In this document: piece after piece, positions 12,481 to 24,766 of the stretch
Position numbering within the stretch: the stretch's first letter is position 1
Layout of the letters: each line of letters begins with the position of its first letter
Translations under genes and position numbers: made by a program
Origin: Massalongia carnosa
Lineage: Eukaryota
Direction: 5' to 3'
Length of the DNA stretch: 50,208 bases
Assembly (NCBI GenBank): GCA_965645245.1
Contig: OZ287067.1
Span: forward strand, 3,720,001 to 3,770,208
Notes under the pieces: generated by a model
Told to the model about the DNA's origin: nothing
What the model saw: the letters and a program-made list of their open reading frames with translations, nothing else
The model's database searches: none

Positions 12481-13525
12481 TCAGATTGAAATGGTGGGAT
12501 ACTGAATTCCAGCCAATCTAAATAAATTTCCCGGGTCTCCTATTCTCAGATCTTTGACTGAATCCGGAAGAAATTGTCCGAATCCCCCATACTCCTCCGT
12601 GTACGAAAGACTCATTTCTCTATTCCGTCGAATCCATGCCTTTAGCAATGCAAACGGCGTTTCAATTGGATTGAAATATGGAGAATAAGGAGGTAGTCGT
12701 GCCAAGGTGACGTTGGCTGTCACGCACATCTGAATAAGCTCATGATTCCAATGAATGCTGGCATTATCTATTCCTAAAACAGATCTAGGACCTCCATTGG
12801 CAGTCGTCTGAGGAAGAACCTGATTTCGAACGAAGTCGTTGAAAATTTCGGCAGTTATGGAGCCCTGATGCACCTCCCAAGCTATATATCCATCGACGGT
12901 AAATGCAGGAAGAATGCTCCATCTCTTTGACCTTTTCAAATCCTGAATCATGATTGGAGGGACGCCTGCCTGAGCCCATCGGTGTCGTCGATTACCTAGT
13001 CAGAAAGTCAGAAAAATGACGAAGATGGGATAAAAGATGAGATAGGAAATAACCGGTTCTTTCGCAAGCTGCACTTTCGTCCAAAAAGATCAATTGCTCT
13101 GCTGTCCATTCTCCGAGTCTCTGCATCCATCCATCTCGAAGGCCTTGATTTCTTTGAGCTGCTTGTTTGATCACCTTCTTTCGATTCCAACCAAGCCTTT
13201 TTAGGGCACGACCAACGGTGGTCTCATCTGCAGAGATCTGAAATTCGTCCCAAATGAACCAGTACATTTCGTCCAGATAGGCATGCGGACGTTGCTCCAG
13301 ATATTTCAGAAGTTCAATCTCATGAAATTGACTGAGTTTACGAGGGCGATGTCCAATTGACAATTGAGGTAGAAGCACATCTCCAAAATGAGTCCAATTA
13401 CGTCTCATTCGTTGAATCTGTCTGATGCCAACACCAGTAACAGATTCAATTGTCTTATTGCTGTCACCTCGTACCAAACGAAGCGTGATTGTCTCACGAA
13501 GGGTCTCACTGAGAGGGGGGGGCAT
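12481..13525 (-). CDS. DD34E transposase with N-terminal HTH and one 58-nt intron (12996-13053)
   Basis: Motifs FLDES, IDNASIH and LPPYSPYFNPIE, with 34 residues between the second D and E. A GT..CTGACTAG intron joins ACERTG|NRRHRWAQ in frame with ORF 12481-12951. Confidence 0.9.
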
Positions 13526-13529
13526 TTTG

Positions 13530-13738
13530 GGAAAATGGCAGAGGAGAGAGGGAAAAAAGACGGGTAATGGCATCTACATATACTAATCTACAAGTCGCTT
13601 CGATACTGACCAGTAGTACGACTTCATTGGCATGTAGGCGGTGAGGGTAGTTTTTCGGATTTTTGCCGGCATTTTGCCATTTTCGCGTGATGTGTGGTCC
13701 CAAATTCAGGGTCGCGACCAACCTTTTGCAGTCGACTG
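13530..13738 (-). repeat. Right TIR of the Tc1/mariner
   Basis: AATGGCAGAG...CCTTTTGCAGTCGACTG, inverted copy of the left TIR. Confidence 0.93.
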
Positions 13739-14441
13739 TATCAAACATTACATCCCTGGTCCGGATGACTTTCATGCGGCTGGGAATCCATATTCGAAAG
13801 TTGTTAGTGGAGTCGTACCCCACCAGGTATCCAATAAAAGCCCTTGGTTCGAGCTTCTCTTTCCTGGGAACCACCTGATTCAGCGGGAACGCTCGACAAC
13901 CATACGGCTGCAGGTGAGATAGTTTCGGTTTTTCCCCGGTTAATTTATCTATTGGTGTTTTCCAACCTAGCATCTTCATCGGGGTCCGGTTATTTAGATA
14001 ACCAACCGTTTTGAATATTTCTGGCCACATACTAGCTGGCAAATTTGCTGCTATGCGCAGGGCCCGCGCTCGGATCACCAGTACCCCCCCAGATCGCTCG
14101 GTTTGACCGTTTTGTGCTGGAGTATATCGGGCCGATCTTTCGGTAGTGATACATCTCATTTTCATGATCTCGGCGAATTCTAAGCCAAGGGTTCGCTCGT
14201 CGTCTGTTCGAAAAAACCGAACGGTCTGATCGTATCTAGTCTTGGTCATTTTCAGGAATTCCTTGATCACCCCTAGAGCATCATTATTTAGAGTATGAGT
14301 GAAGACGAAGTCCATACTTGTATAAAAACACCTGAAGTGGCTCACCCAGTTGTCCCCGTTGTATGCTTCAGTCAGCTGAATAAGGTCATACCCTACTCGA
14401 CCGAGCGGAAAATTCGCTGGCTCTTCCTGTCCCGAACTTCT

Positions 14442-14612
14442 TGTGACGAAGCGAGATAGTGAATAGATTTCTACCATTGCGCCACCTGTCCTTCCCGACC
14501 AAAAGGCACAGTACTTAGTCCGCAGACCAAGCTCTATTCTACTATAACTGGGACTCCTGCTATGTTCGCTGTAGGTCCTGCCGTCCGCACCACGCTTGGT
14601 CGAACCGTTACA
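14442..14612. mobile_element. 171-bp solo LTR in Copia B
   Basis: TGTGACG...CGTTACA, TSD CTTCT at 14437-41 and 14613-17. Confidence 0.9.
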
Positions 14613-16524
14613 CTTCTCGAGATCAGGTGATGGGCTTTGGTCAGCGAGCATGTCTCGCATTGCATCGTATTCGGTGCTGACTCGGGTACTGTTACCTTAA
14701 CTCCATCTACCCCCTTTTCGAGGTGAGAAATTGTTTCCGGTCCAGGATGACCGAGCATCTCGTGCCACTCTTTTCCCGTCGCTATCAATTCCGGTTTCGG
14801 ACTGGTACTGGCCGCAAATGCTCTATGCGGCCTTACCGTTGGTGGGTTGTCTTCTATCACCCAATGGCCCCCTATTTGCTTTGTGCGGCAGAACGTCTTT
14901 CCCTTCTGATGCAGATGAGAATGTTCGGTGTCCCAGTGAACCCCCTTCTTTGTTAGCTTGCTTAGGCACACCAAATTGGTGAAAAATCCTGAGGATAGCG
15001 CCACATCTAGAAGCCTGATTGGCACTGGCCCATGAGGTCCTTGTGCCGTAATATCTACCGTTCCATATCCATCTATGCTATAAACGGTTTTTCCGGCCAT
15101 GAGCTTGTCATCAGTGTTTGCTATACGCGTCAACTGAAACCGATCCGGTTCATTGTATACATGAATATCTGTTCCGCAATCCAGGGTCCAACAGTTGACC
15201 AACCTATGTGGCTCCGGTTCGGAAGCAACTGCAAACGTTGAAAACGATCTAGGTTGTGCGGCAGGCAAGATCGAGACTGATGATCCGGCAGGCACTATCG
15301 AAACTGCAAATGCTGCAGGATCGGATTTTTCTGAAGACGATTTCTCTTCCTTTCCGACTTTTTCGACTTGTTTTGCGTGCTTATCTCGGACCGACTTGAT
15401 GATCTTATCTAGCCGATGATTCTTAGCTAGCTTTTCTTCTATTATTTTCTCAATGCTCTTATCCGGGGTCCACCCCTCTAGCCTCAGGTCCTTGAGCAAA
15501 TAGTAGCAATCCTTGAAGCGGTGCTTCTTGCCACATATGCACTTCTTCTCGGAATTTCCTTGGTCCGAGTTAGATCCCTGAGCTGATTTTTGACTCATTG
15601 TCGAGTTCGATTTTTCTTGATCTGATTGGTCAGATCCTTGAAATGTTGCAAATGCCGAATGGGTAGCCCCCTTGCTATCTAGGGCCCTGGCGGTTCGCAA
15701 ATGATTCCGGAATTCTTCCAGAAGATCCCTTATCGAGAAATCTTCCTCATTCCGATGAATTTTATACTGTAATATGGCCTCTCTGCCGGCCACAAACGAA
15801 CCGTCTACTGTCCTCAGCGCATTCAAGAAATCATAAATGCATCTATGTCCCTGAACGTCCGGAATTTTCAGTCTATCCGCTTCTGCATAGACTTTCTCCC
15901 ATTCCAACAACCAGTGATCCAGTTGCTGACTCTTGGGGGCACGTTGTAGGTCCTTATATTTCCGAATAACTTCGAGTTCTCGGATCCGGTCCGTCGGTGC
16001 AAGCCTCTTCTTTAGAGCTGATAACTTCTTATATATCGAGTCCTGTCCCCTGAGATATAACAAATTGGTCCGATCCACGGTGGTCAATATATATGCTTCC
16101 AGGTTTTTTAGGGCTTCGGTCTTCTCCCGATACGTACGCAAGTCTTCTCTATGATCCTCTCTTCGCAATATCAGATCCCGTCGCCGTCCCTCGGTTAAGT
16201 CCTCGGATGACACGGCACCTGCTTTCATGGAAGAGAAGGTAGGGGTAATGGGTCTGATTAGCTCGTCTGGCTCAGGTTTCGCCAGGTCTACATAGTGCTC
16301 GATTCCACCTCGCTTGGCCATGGACTCCACGATAAGGATCCATTCATCCCAGTCACCGGACTCCTTGAGGACTACCACGATTTTCTGACTAGAAGCGGGC
16401 AAGGTAGAGAGAGACATCTTCTGTTCGATTGTCCAAAGAAGATGGAAGAAGTAACAATAAAGGTCAAGAAGAACTTGGGGATACTGATCGATGAATGCAG
16501 CGATTAGGAAGCCAGGCTCGTAAC

Positions 16525-16737
16525 TGTCGGACCGTTCTTATTGATCTGGAACATGATGTTCTCCTTGTCTATCTAAACTGGAAATTCTAGCTAGCTATAT
16601 AGACCATTTCGCCACATTCTTTCATAATCTCGATATCTTCCAGCCACTTCTATTTACTAATAGATCATTAGTGATCCGGAACCCATGCGAGGTACATTGC
16701 TTTGAAATCATTGAGTATTAGAAATCAGATATATGGC
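16525..16737 (-). repeat. Inner part of the Copia B 5' LTR
   Basis: Starts TGTCGGA adjacent to the PBS. Interrupted at ATGGC by Gypsy C. Confidence 0.75.
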
Positions 16738-16978
16738 TGTAAGGTTATTGTGACAGGCGATGGGAGGGAGCCCTATAGGGCTATGGCATGCGAGGATAGA
16801 ATGGATAAACTGACAACTAGCTATCTATAAGACCCGAAACGACTAATATATACCCCTCTCTGATGTCCTACTCCTAAGAAATTCCTATCCTGATAACTCC
16901 GATGACGCGTTGTCAGGGTCTAGACGTTCTGTCCCCGATCGAGGCGAGGATCCTCGTCCCCGTGTCGAGACCCTGACA
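16738..16978 (-). repeat. Gypsy C 3' LTR
   Basis: TGTAAGG...CCTGACA, near-identical to 35774-36014. Confidence 0.95.
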
Positions 16979-17030
16979 ATTGCCTCCCCCCTTTATATGG
17001 CGACGTCCTCGTTGCCAACGTGTGATCATT

Positions 17031-20000
17031 TTAGCCCTCGATTTCTTCTCGAATGTGTGCAGTCTTTTTCTCGCCCGCTTCTTTCCTCGTGTTTCTTTCT
17101 TTCCTGATCGTAGCTCCGTTTGGTTTATCGGGATTTTTCTTGTGAAAGGCCCGGACAGTAGCTTGACATGTGGTCAGGTTGTCTAAGGGTCCCCACGTGC
17201 AGTCCTCTATCCCGAATTCCGTCCATTTTACCAAGTACTCGACTCGTCCGTTTGTTGTTCTTCGCGAGTCTAGAATTCCGTCTACTTCCCATGACTCGTT
17301 GCCGGCATCTTCTACTAGCAGTTCTGTGGCTGGCGGTCGATTTTCCTCTCCCTCGCGAGGATGAAACGATTCTATCAGATTGACGTTGAACACCGGGTGA
17401 ATTCGAGATCTTGATGGCAGGTCTAGTCGATAAGCCTGTCTTCCTATTTTTTCGACTATTTCGTAGGGTCCGTAGCGACGAGCCTCCAATTTCTTTGATG
17501 GTTTTTTGGTCTTGATGTTCTTTTCGTTTAACCAAACCATTTCTCCTACATTATAACTTTTTGGAAGTCTCTTCTTATTATAATGAGTCGAGTACTGAAC
17601 GTTTGCCTCGGCACGGCGATATTTCAGTTCCTCGCGGAGGTTGCTGAGATGCTCTGCGTGTTCTGTAGCTGATTGAGATTCTTTCTCGTGTTTTTCTATC
17701 GCAAACTCCATTTTTGGATATCTTCCAGTGATTATAAAAAATGGTGTATGACTGGTTGCCGTATGTTTGCTGTTGTTGTATGCGAATTCTGCGGTGGCGA
17801 GTAGTTTTACCCAATCATCTTGTGTACTGTTGCAGAAAGCACGGAGGTCGGCTTCTAGAGTCTGCTTCTGCCGCTCAGTCTGACCGTCGGTTGATGGATG
17901 AAAAGCGGTACTGAGTTTTCGTTTTATCACCAGGTGATGACAAAGCGAGGTCCAAAATCCTGACGTGAATAAGCTTCCTCGGTCTGTGATTATGTCGTCT
18001 GAAATGCCGTGATAACGAACTATTCGATCGAGGAAGATGCTCGCGAGGTCCGAGGCCTTCATCGTTTTGCGACATGGTACGTAGTGAGCCATTTTGGATA
18101 ATTTATCCACTATAACCATTATGCTATCGAACGACGTGTTCCATGTATCAAGACTTGAGGGCAAGGCCGTTATGAAGTCCATGGTTATGCTTCCCCATAT
18201 TCGTTTTGCGATTAGTAGTGGCTTAAATTGTCCCCATGGTTTATGTCTAAGTGTCTTGTTTTGCTGACAAGAGTGCCAGGTTTGACAATATGTTTTCACA
18301 TCTTTTCTGATTGATGGCCACATGAAGACTCGTTTGATTAAATTCATTGTGCGTGTCACTCCTAGATGTCCTACTATCATATCATCGTGATGTCGGCGTA
18401 TAATTCCTGTTCTCAGACCATTAAAGTCGGGTACGTAGATTGCATTATCGAATAGAAGAATATTATTCGATCCTTCACTCCACCGACTGAAGCGGGCTGA
18501 TGTTTTGGGATTCTTTGATGATGATGTCCAGTGCTTGCGTACAGTTTGTACTTCCTCGTCCCTGTTTTGCTGTGTGCAAATTTCTTGTACGAGGTCCTCG
18601 GAGGAGTCTTCGGTGTGTCTCGTTGTGCCTATGTTAATGCTATTGAGTCCCTTATTGAGCTCTGTGTCTTGAGTCTCTGAGATTTTGAGTCGTTTAGAGT
18701 TGTTTCCTATGACGCCATCTATCGAAGTGTCTTCCTTTGTTTTAGAGGTGTTTGCCCGCGAGGCCCTCGCCTCGGTGTCCTCGCCTTCGCTTACTCTGTC
18801 CTCGTGTCTGCTCCCGTTCGTGCTTGAACGTCTGCGTTTCGTCATTGTGCTTTATGTGTCCTCTTCCTGTCTCCCTAGATGTCCTGATGTTCTGGTGTAT
18901 TTTCCATTTGACCCAGATTTTGCCTGACCTTTTGACCCGTCCCTTGTTCTTTCGAACTTGGGGTGTGACTGTGTCGCGTCCACAATCACACGTGGTCCCA
19001 CGAGGACCACTTGCTCGAGTTCCGCTGATAGGAGACTCTGCGCTATCGCCGAGGCTTCTTGCCTGACACCGCTGATGACCTTGCTAACACCGGCTTGCTC
19101 AATGCTCGGTGTCAGCACCTTTGAGGGTTGATCAAGCCCTTTACCCAAATGTGCCCTTTGAAGACCCTGAGCTACCTGTTGTAGACGTTTGGCCTTTCCG
19201 AAGGGGTGAATTGGTTTTCGAACTGTTGTGTCTCCTGTCGGCTTCTTCTTGGCTTTCATCGCTGCACTGGTCATGATTGCTAGAAGTGGTCCTCGCGAGG
19301 TCGAGCGCTCGCCTCGGGGTTTGCTGCTGAGAATGTCTTTGAGATAATTTAGGCTAGCGGTGTCTTGTGAAGTATCCTCATTGTTTCCTTTGTAGTCGAG
19401 TCCATCCGCTGGATTTGCTGTGCCCTTCTGGTATGTGATTCTAAAATCAAATGCTGTCAGCTTGTTTGCCTATTTGACTTGCCTTCGTGAAAGTTGTATG
19501 GTTGTCATAAAATACTGTAGATTTGCATGATCGCTTATGACGCTGATTTTGTATAGGGCCCCCTCCAAGTAGTGTCGCCAATGGGTCATGGATAATACGA
19601 TTGCTAGCAATTCCTGGTCGTGGGTCCCGTAGTTCCGTTCCGCTGTGTCCCATTTCTTGCTCCAGTATGCTACTAGTTGCCAATGCTTCTCCGACCCTTC
19701 TCCGTGTGGTTGAGAAAGGACAGCTCCCCCTGCATCGTCTGAAGCGTCTGTCTCCACTCTTATAGGTTTCTTAGGGTCGAAATGTCGCAGCAACGGCTTT
19801 TTCGTAAAAATCGCTTTGAGTTTCAGGAAGGCTTCCTCGGCTTCTTTTGTTAGGCCGAATCATTGCTTTGTTTTCCTCGGCTCTCCTCGCGAGCGTCCTC
19901 CCGAGGCAGTTTATTTGCCTCGCTCGTCTTATGTGCTTTCTTCTTTCTCTTGCCTGATCCCGTTTTGAGCAGTTCTAGTAGTGGCGTTGCTGTACGTGCG

Positions 20001-21530
20001 TAATTTCTTACGAATCGTCTGTAAAAGTTGGTGAATCCTATAAATATCTGAATGTCTTTGACTGATTTTGGTATGGCCCATTCTAGTATTGCTTTGACTC
20101 GTTCTTCCTCCATACTAATTCCATTTTCGCTCACGATGAATCCTAGAAAGGACAACTCAGTCTTGAAGAATTCGCATTTAGATAGTTTGAGGTATAAATT
20201 GAGTTCTTCGAGACGCTTCAGAATATTTCGGACGTGTTCTATATGTTCCTCACGTGTCTCGCTGTAGATTAATATATCGTCTAGATAAACGAGAACGAAT
20301 ATGTCTAGAAATTCGGCGAAGGAGCGATTCATAAACGCTTGCCAGGATGCGGGTGCGTTCGTTAATCCGAAGGGCATAACTAATATTCGAAGAGTCCGAA
20401 TCGGGTCAGGAATGCTGTCTTCCATTCATCTCCCATTTTTATTCGAAGTCGATTGAATGCATCCTTGATGTCTAACTTTGTAAACCATCTTGCGCCTCCT
20501 AATTGATCTAGGCTTTCAGTTATCAGCGGTAATGAACATCGATCTTTGATGGTGATATTGTTCAATCCTCTGTAGTCTATACAGGGTCGAAGGCCTCCGT
20601 ATTTCTTTGGTCGAAAGAGCATCGAGGCTCCAGCCGAGGATTGTGAGTGTCGTATGAGGTCTTCTCGGAGATGGTCTTGTAGGTATTGTTTTTGAAAATG
20701 CAGCTCCGTTGATGATAGATTGTACAGGGACACAAATGGTGGTTTCTTTCCGGGTTCGATGTTGATAGCGTGATCCCATTGTGAGTGTTCGGGTAATGGC
20801 TTATCCTTTCGATTGAAGAGTTCCCAAAAATCCTGAAGTTCTGTTGGCAGAGGGTCGATAATTTTTGACGAGGATGATTTCTTATTGAGTTCGTCCTCGG
20901 TCTCCTCGGTCTCGTCCTCGGCGTCCTCGGTTTTGTCCTCGTTGTTGTTTGAGAATTATGGAATTGATAGCGGAGTAATTATCTGTAAAAGTGCGCCGAG
21001 TAGGATAGGACACCGTATGTTTAGGGCTGCTAGTGTCGGGAAGATTTTTGCCTGTATCGAATTGATATGTTCTGGATACGATGGTAGTTCATATCCTCTT
21101 TGTCTTTTTGTTTTTCTTCTGTGCTGGCATGCCTGAATCCTCCATCGCAGTCTCCGTTTTTTGAGGTTATACTCTGGGTCGTGTTTCTCGAGAAATGGTA
21201 GTCCTAGCATGATATCATTTGGTGCGGTTCCGGCTACAATATAAGTGTCGGTTGTTTCTAGTTTATTGTTTTCGTATCGCAGATAGAAGCTTTTAATTCG
21301 ATTGACCCGACCAACTTGATGATGCTTCCATCAAAGTTTCTTCCTTGAGCCTGAAATCGTTTTATTTTTGCCGTAAGATCTAGCTTTTGTAGTAGTGAAA
21401 GAGTGATAATATTGACTTTAGCGCATGTGTCGGTGAATGCATTAGCCTTTATCGATTGACTGTCCTTTGACTTTAAGTATACGTGGAGTTGAATAGGGGA
21501 GGCGCTTGTGGTTTCTACTCCAGATTGTGA
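17031..21530 (-). pseudogene. pol: Gypsy C pol, frameshifted fragments
   Basis: ORFs 20956-21210 (PR end), 20380-20733 and 19850-20425 (RT), 19470-19793 (RH), 17031-18845 (IN and chromodomain). Confidence 0.9.
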
Positions 21531-21646
21531 CTCATCCTCCTCGTCGCTCCTCGGCTGGGGTTTCTGTCTGTCGGAATTGTTTGCCGACTGCGGTATTTCT
21601 CGTATTTCTCCCCCCGAGGTTATGATTTCCAGTAGAGAGGGGTCGT

Positions 21647-22047
21647 CTACTGAGCCCAGCCTTTTCTCTGTTCTTCTCTAATCGGTAGTAGATAAGGGTT
21701 GGAATCAATGTTCGTCGACTGGTGTTTGTTGATCCGAGGATCTCCTCCTCTATAGAACCATCCTGTTTTGCATTCCTCCATCCGATGTGGGCCTTTACCA
21801 CACTTGATACATAGTCCCGCCTGACGTCTGCGATCTTTCTCCTCGTTTGGCACTTTGTCCGATGCGAGAGTCCTGTCGTTTTCCACGGATTTGGGTCTCA
21901 AGTCCATTGGCCTCGATGAAGGCCCGCTTCGTTTTTCTCCTCGGAAACCTCCTATAGTGTGATCGTATGATGGCTGTCCTTCTTTATCATCCCGTCTATT
22001 CTGTTGAGAGGTGTTCTTAGTCGGGTCTCTTTCTTCCAAATAATCGA
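21647..22047 (-). pseudogene. gag: Gypsy C gag, C-terminal part
   Basis: Zinc knuckle CIKCGKGPHRMEEC. Joins across the Copia D insertion as MAESELI|DYLEERD. Confidence 0.85.
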
Positions 22048-22479
22048 TGTTGGATACCAACCTATGGCGCTAGACATTATTATGGTCACGTGTAACAGTA
22101 AACCTATTCCGGTATGCGGCACGCATCCTGGACTAGGAGGATTTTCAGACCTTAGAAGTAGAGTCATAGAATCATTAATATAACAACAATGAATAACCTC
22201 ATACTTCTACAGGTTATGAGCCCGGCCAGCGCATAAGCTCATTAATCTTCGCTAGCGACAGGCCACAAATACCCCACACCCCCCAGAGCAAAGCACCTAG
22301 AACGAAGAACTTCCTACCCGAAAAGGAGGAATGGTGTGAGGCGGGAGGGTTAAGACCACTTGGCTACTAAAAGGAGCCAATTCTGAAATGGCGGTGTGGA
22401 ATCAAGCCAATGCGCCTGCCCACCTACCACAATATATAGGAAGAGTGCTACGCCCACATACTGAAAGAATACGAAGTAG

Positions 22480-22755
22480 AACGCTCATATACCAAAGGCT
22501 ACGAGGCAAACGCTCATATACCAGACGGCTACGAGGCGAAGACGCTCATACGAAGCAGAACGCTCACATACCGAAGGCTACGAGGTGGAGAACTTGCTCA
22601 TATACCAAAGGTTACGAAGCGAAGACGCTCACATACCAGACGGCTAGGAGGCGAAGACGCTCATACGAAGCAGAACGCTCACATACCGAAGGCTACGAGA
22701 CGGAGAACTTGCTCATATACCAAAGGTTACGAAGCGAAGACGCTCGCATACCACA
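22480..22755 (+). repeat. Higher-order tandem repeat in the Copia D 5' leader
   Basis: About 10 subunits with a GCTCAYA(TA)C core, organised as a 115-bp unit (starts at 22510 and 22625). Confidence 0.85.
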
Positions 22756-23551
22756 ACAGCTACAAGGCAACCCACCTTCCTACAACCCAAAGGCGTTGAG
22801 AACTCTTCGCCCAAAAAACCACTAAATGTCAGACCGACGAGAAGAGCAGGAGAAGGCTCCCCGCATCATTCTCCAAGGCTCCGAGAACTATACATTATGG
22901 CGATCCTACATTCTGGGAGAGCTCAAGCAGAAAAACTGCGCCTGGGCAGTCACCGGAAAGCCAGAGTCAACGAAGGAGTCCGTCAGATCGGACATCATTG
23001 TCATGGAATTACCTCGCACCCTCCCACGTTTCCTGATCGGGTTAGTATTTAACAGGCTCTCTTGCCGTGAAACCTGCCCTGCATGTTGAATAGAACCGTG
23101 GCCCGTTATTCCGAACTATCCTGAAACCTCGCCCCATGTGTTCAGACGTTCTTCCGCTGCCTTCAGTGCACTCCCAAACTCCTATATCCCGAATCCAATC
23201 TCAACGTCTCCACTATCCAAGCCTACGACTGGGATTGCCCAGCAGAGAGAGATTGCTTCGGCATGGAGAAAGGCGGAACAGGTCAAAGCGATCATGGTTA
23301 GGAAATTAGAACAGGAACAGAGATGAGGGCAAGTCAAGAATAGGGGAGTTGGAAGCCATGGCTATAAAACCTATGTGGTTTCTCAGGTGTTTGGAGCTCT
23401 TCGTCGGACGTCTTGTATACTATCCCTAGACCTAGCTTTCTAAATAGTAACTCTTGTATATCTCCCTATCTGGACCTTGTCCGTGACATTACGTCCGACC
23501 TACATTCAAGTGTTTCTTTGTTTTCTCTTTCCCCTATAACGATTGTTAATC

Positions 23552-24766
23552 ATGTCTTTTCAAGAAGAAACCGCAAATCTGCCTCAGGAACCTGAGGTAG
23601 CCCAAAAGGAGCGAGAACATGTCAGCAATAACCCGGACGAGTTCATCGCCGCCTATCGAGACCTGGAACGACAATTAGCTGAGATTCGAAACGCGGTTCC
23701 TCCAGCCATTAATCAAACGTCTTCCAACCCATTATTGGCAACCCCGTCATCAACTCCTTCTCCTTCCGTTCCGAGCTCCCAGCTGGCCGCCATTATAGAA
23801 CAGCTAATGAAACGACCAGCGTTTCCGCCCAGGTCCGAGAAACTTCCTGACATACCGGAGTATGACGGTGACGAGGACAAACTCGATGCTTGGGAACAGA
23901 ATCTAATTCAAAAAATGCACATTAACCATGACCGATACTTTTCCGATGAGGCCAAGATAGCTTATGCGGAGAGCAGACTCACCATCAGCAAGCGAGCCCA
24001 TCTGCTCATGACTCCCTACCGGATAGATGGCTTATGCCGCCTAACCTCTTTTTCGGACTGGAGAGCGAAACTTCGTCTGGCCTGTGGTAACCCCTTCGAG
24101 CAAGAGGATGCCCGTAAATATTTGCGAGACACCCTGAAACAGGGTAACCTAACCTTTGAGGAATATTACAACCTTTTCTCTCAGAAGAAGGAACGATCTA
24201 AAATGGAAGACGCCTCCCTCATCGATGCGATGAAGGCCAACATCAACTATTCCACCCAAACAGCGGCCATCCATTATCGAGTCCCCGGAACCAATCAGGA
24301 GCCCGTCACCTTCGACGAACATGTTGCAATGTGGGCCCAAACGGATCGAAAAATTCGTCAAATCAGGCATATCTCGCCACGCCAAGCCTCTGGAGCCTCA
24401 ATTAGCAACTCCTCAACTAAAAAGGGGGCATCCGTCGCCACCACCACTGCCGTTGTCAGGAGTCCTGCCCCCCGCTCCTCCACGATCGTCGTCGCTCCAG
24501 CCGTCACCCCTGCTGCGGTTCCTTCTCTTCCCGCAGGGGATCCGATGGACCTCAGCTCCGCCATGGCCGCTGTGAAAGGCCAAAGCCTGAAAGTCCCCGG
24601 AGTCAAGGAAATCTGCGAGCAATGGAGACTATGCTTCTACTGTAAGCAATCGCACCCTGGGAAGACCGCAATCGACTGTCCCAACAAGAAGGCCCCGTCT
24701 ACTATTCGGTCTCTTGTCCTTTACAACGACTCCGACGCCTCTGAGGATGCAGCGGGAAAAGCCTGA
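23552..24766 (+). CDS. gag: Gypsy E gag
   Basis: Open frame with DPMDLS and knuckle [16 protein letters not shown]. Ends at the slippery-like GGGAAAA just before TGA. Confidence 0.9.
   Translation: MSFQEETANLPQEPEVAQKEREHVSNNPDEFIAAYRDLERQLAEIRNAVPPAINQTSSNPLLATPSSTPSPSVPSSQLAAIIEQLMKRPAFPPRSEKLPDIPEYDGDEDKLDAWEQNLIQKMHINHDRYFSDEAKIAYAESRLTISKRAHLLMTPYRIDGLCRLTSFSDWRAKLRLACGNPFEQEDARKYLRDTLKQGNLTFEEYYNLFSQKKERSKMEDASLIDAMKANINYSTQTAAIHYRVPGTNQEPVTFDEHVAMWAQTDRKIRQIRHISPRQASGASISNSSTKKGASVATTTAVVRSPAPRSSTIVVAPAVTPAAVPSLPAGDPMDLSSAMAAVKGQSLKVPGVKEICEQWRLCFYCKQSHPGKTAIDCPNKKAPSTIRSLVLYNDSDASEDAAGKA

Larger units (their letters stand above)
10059..13738 (-). mobile_element. Tc1/mariner (IS630-Tc1, DD34E) DNA transposon, 3.68 kb, long TIRs, two genes
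   Basis: TA TSD at 10057-58 and 13739-40. Imperfect TIRs of ~215 bp. Removal restores Copia RDVMFD|KTRFY. Confidence 0.95.
7757..16417 (-). pseudogene. Copia B gag-pol polyprotein with three insertions, stops and a frameshift
   Basis: ORFs 14534-16417, 13506-14660, 9611-10105, 9053-9457 and 8201-8830. An 8-bp duplication TTCTCAAA lies at ~8853-8868. Confidence 0.9.
7755..16737 (-). mobile_element. Ty1/Copia retrotransposon B, 3'-truncated; its 5' LTR probably continues at 42681-42731
   Basis: Order is gag, PR (WTLDCGT), GAG-pre-integrase (WHEMLGH..CETC), IN (QNGQTER), RT (KARLCVRGD, YVDE), RH (SDAAFAD, SSTEAE). PBS-like GTTACGAGCC sits next to the LTR end at 16525. Confidence 0.92.

Noticed and set aside
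13506..14660. 384-aa ORF as a novel fusion protein
   Set aside because: It is Copia integrase read through by chance into a solo LTR and a TIR.
22480..22755. Repeat-spacer-like look (CRISPR?)
   Set aside because: The intervening segments repeat themselves, there are no cas genes, and the context is a eukaryotic retrotransposon leader.
23138..23326. Identical 62-aa ORFs here and at 29316
   Set aside because: They lie inside identical LTRs and have no independent coding evidence.
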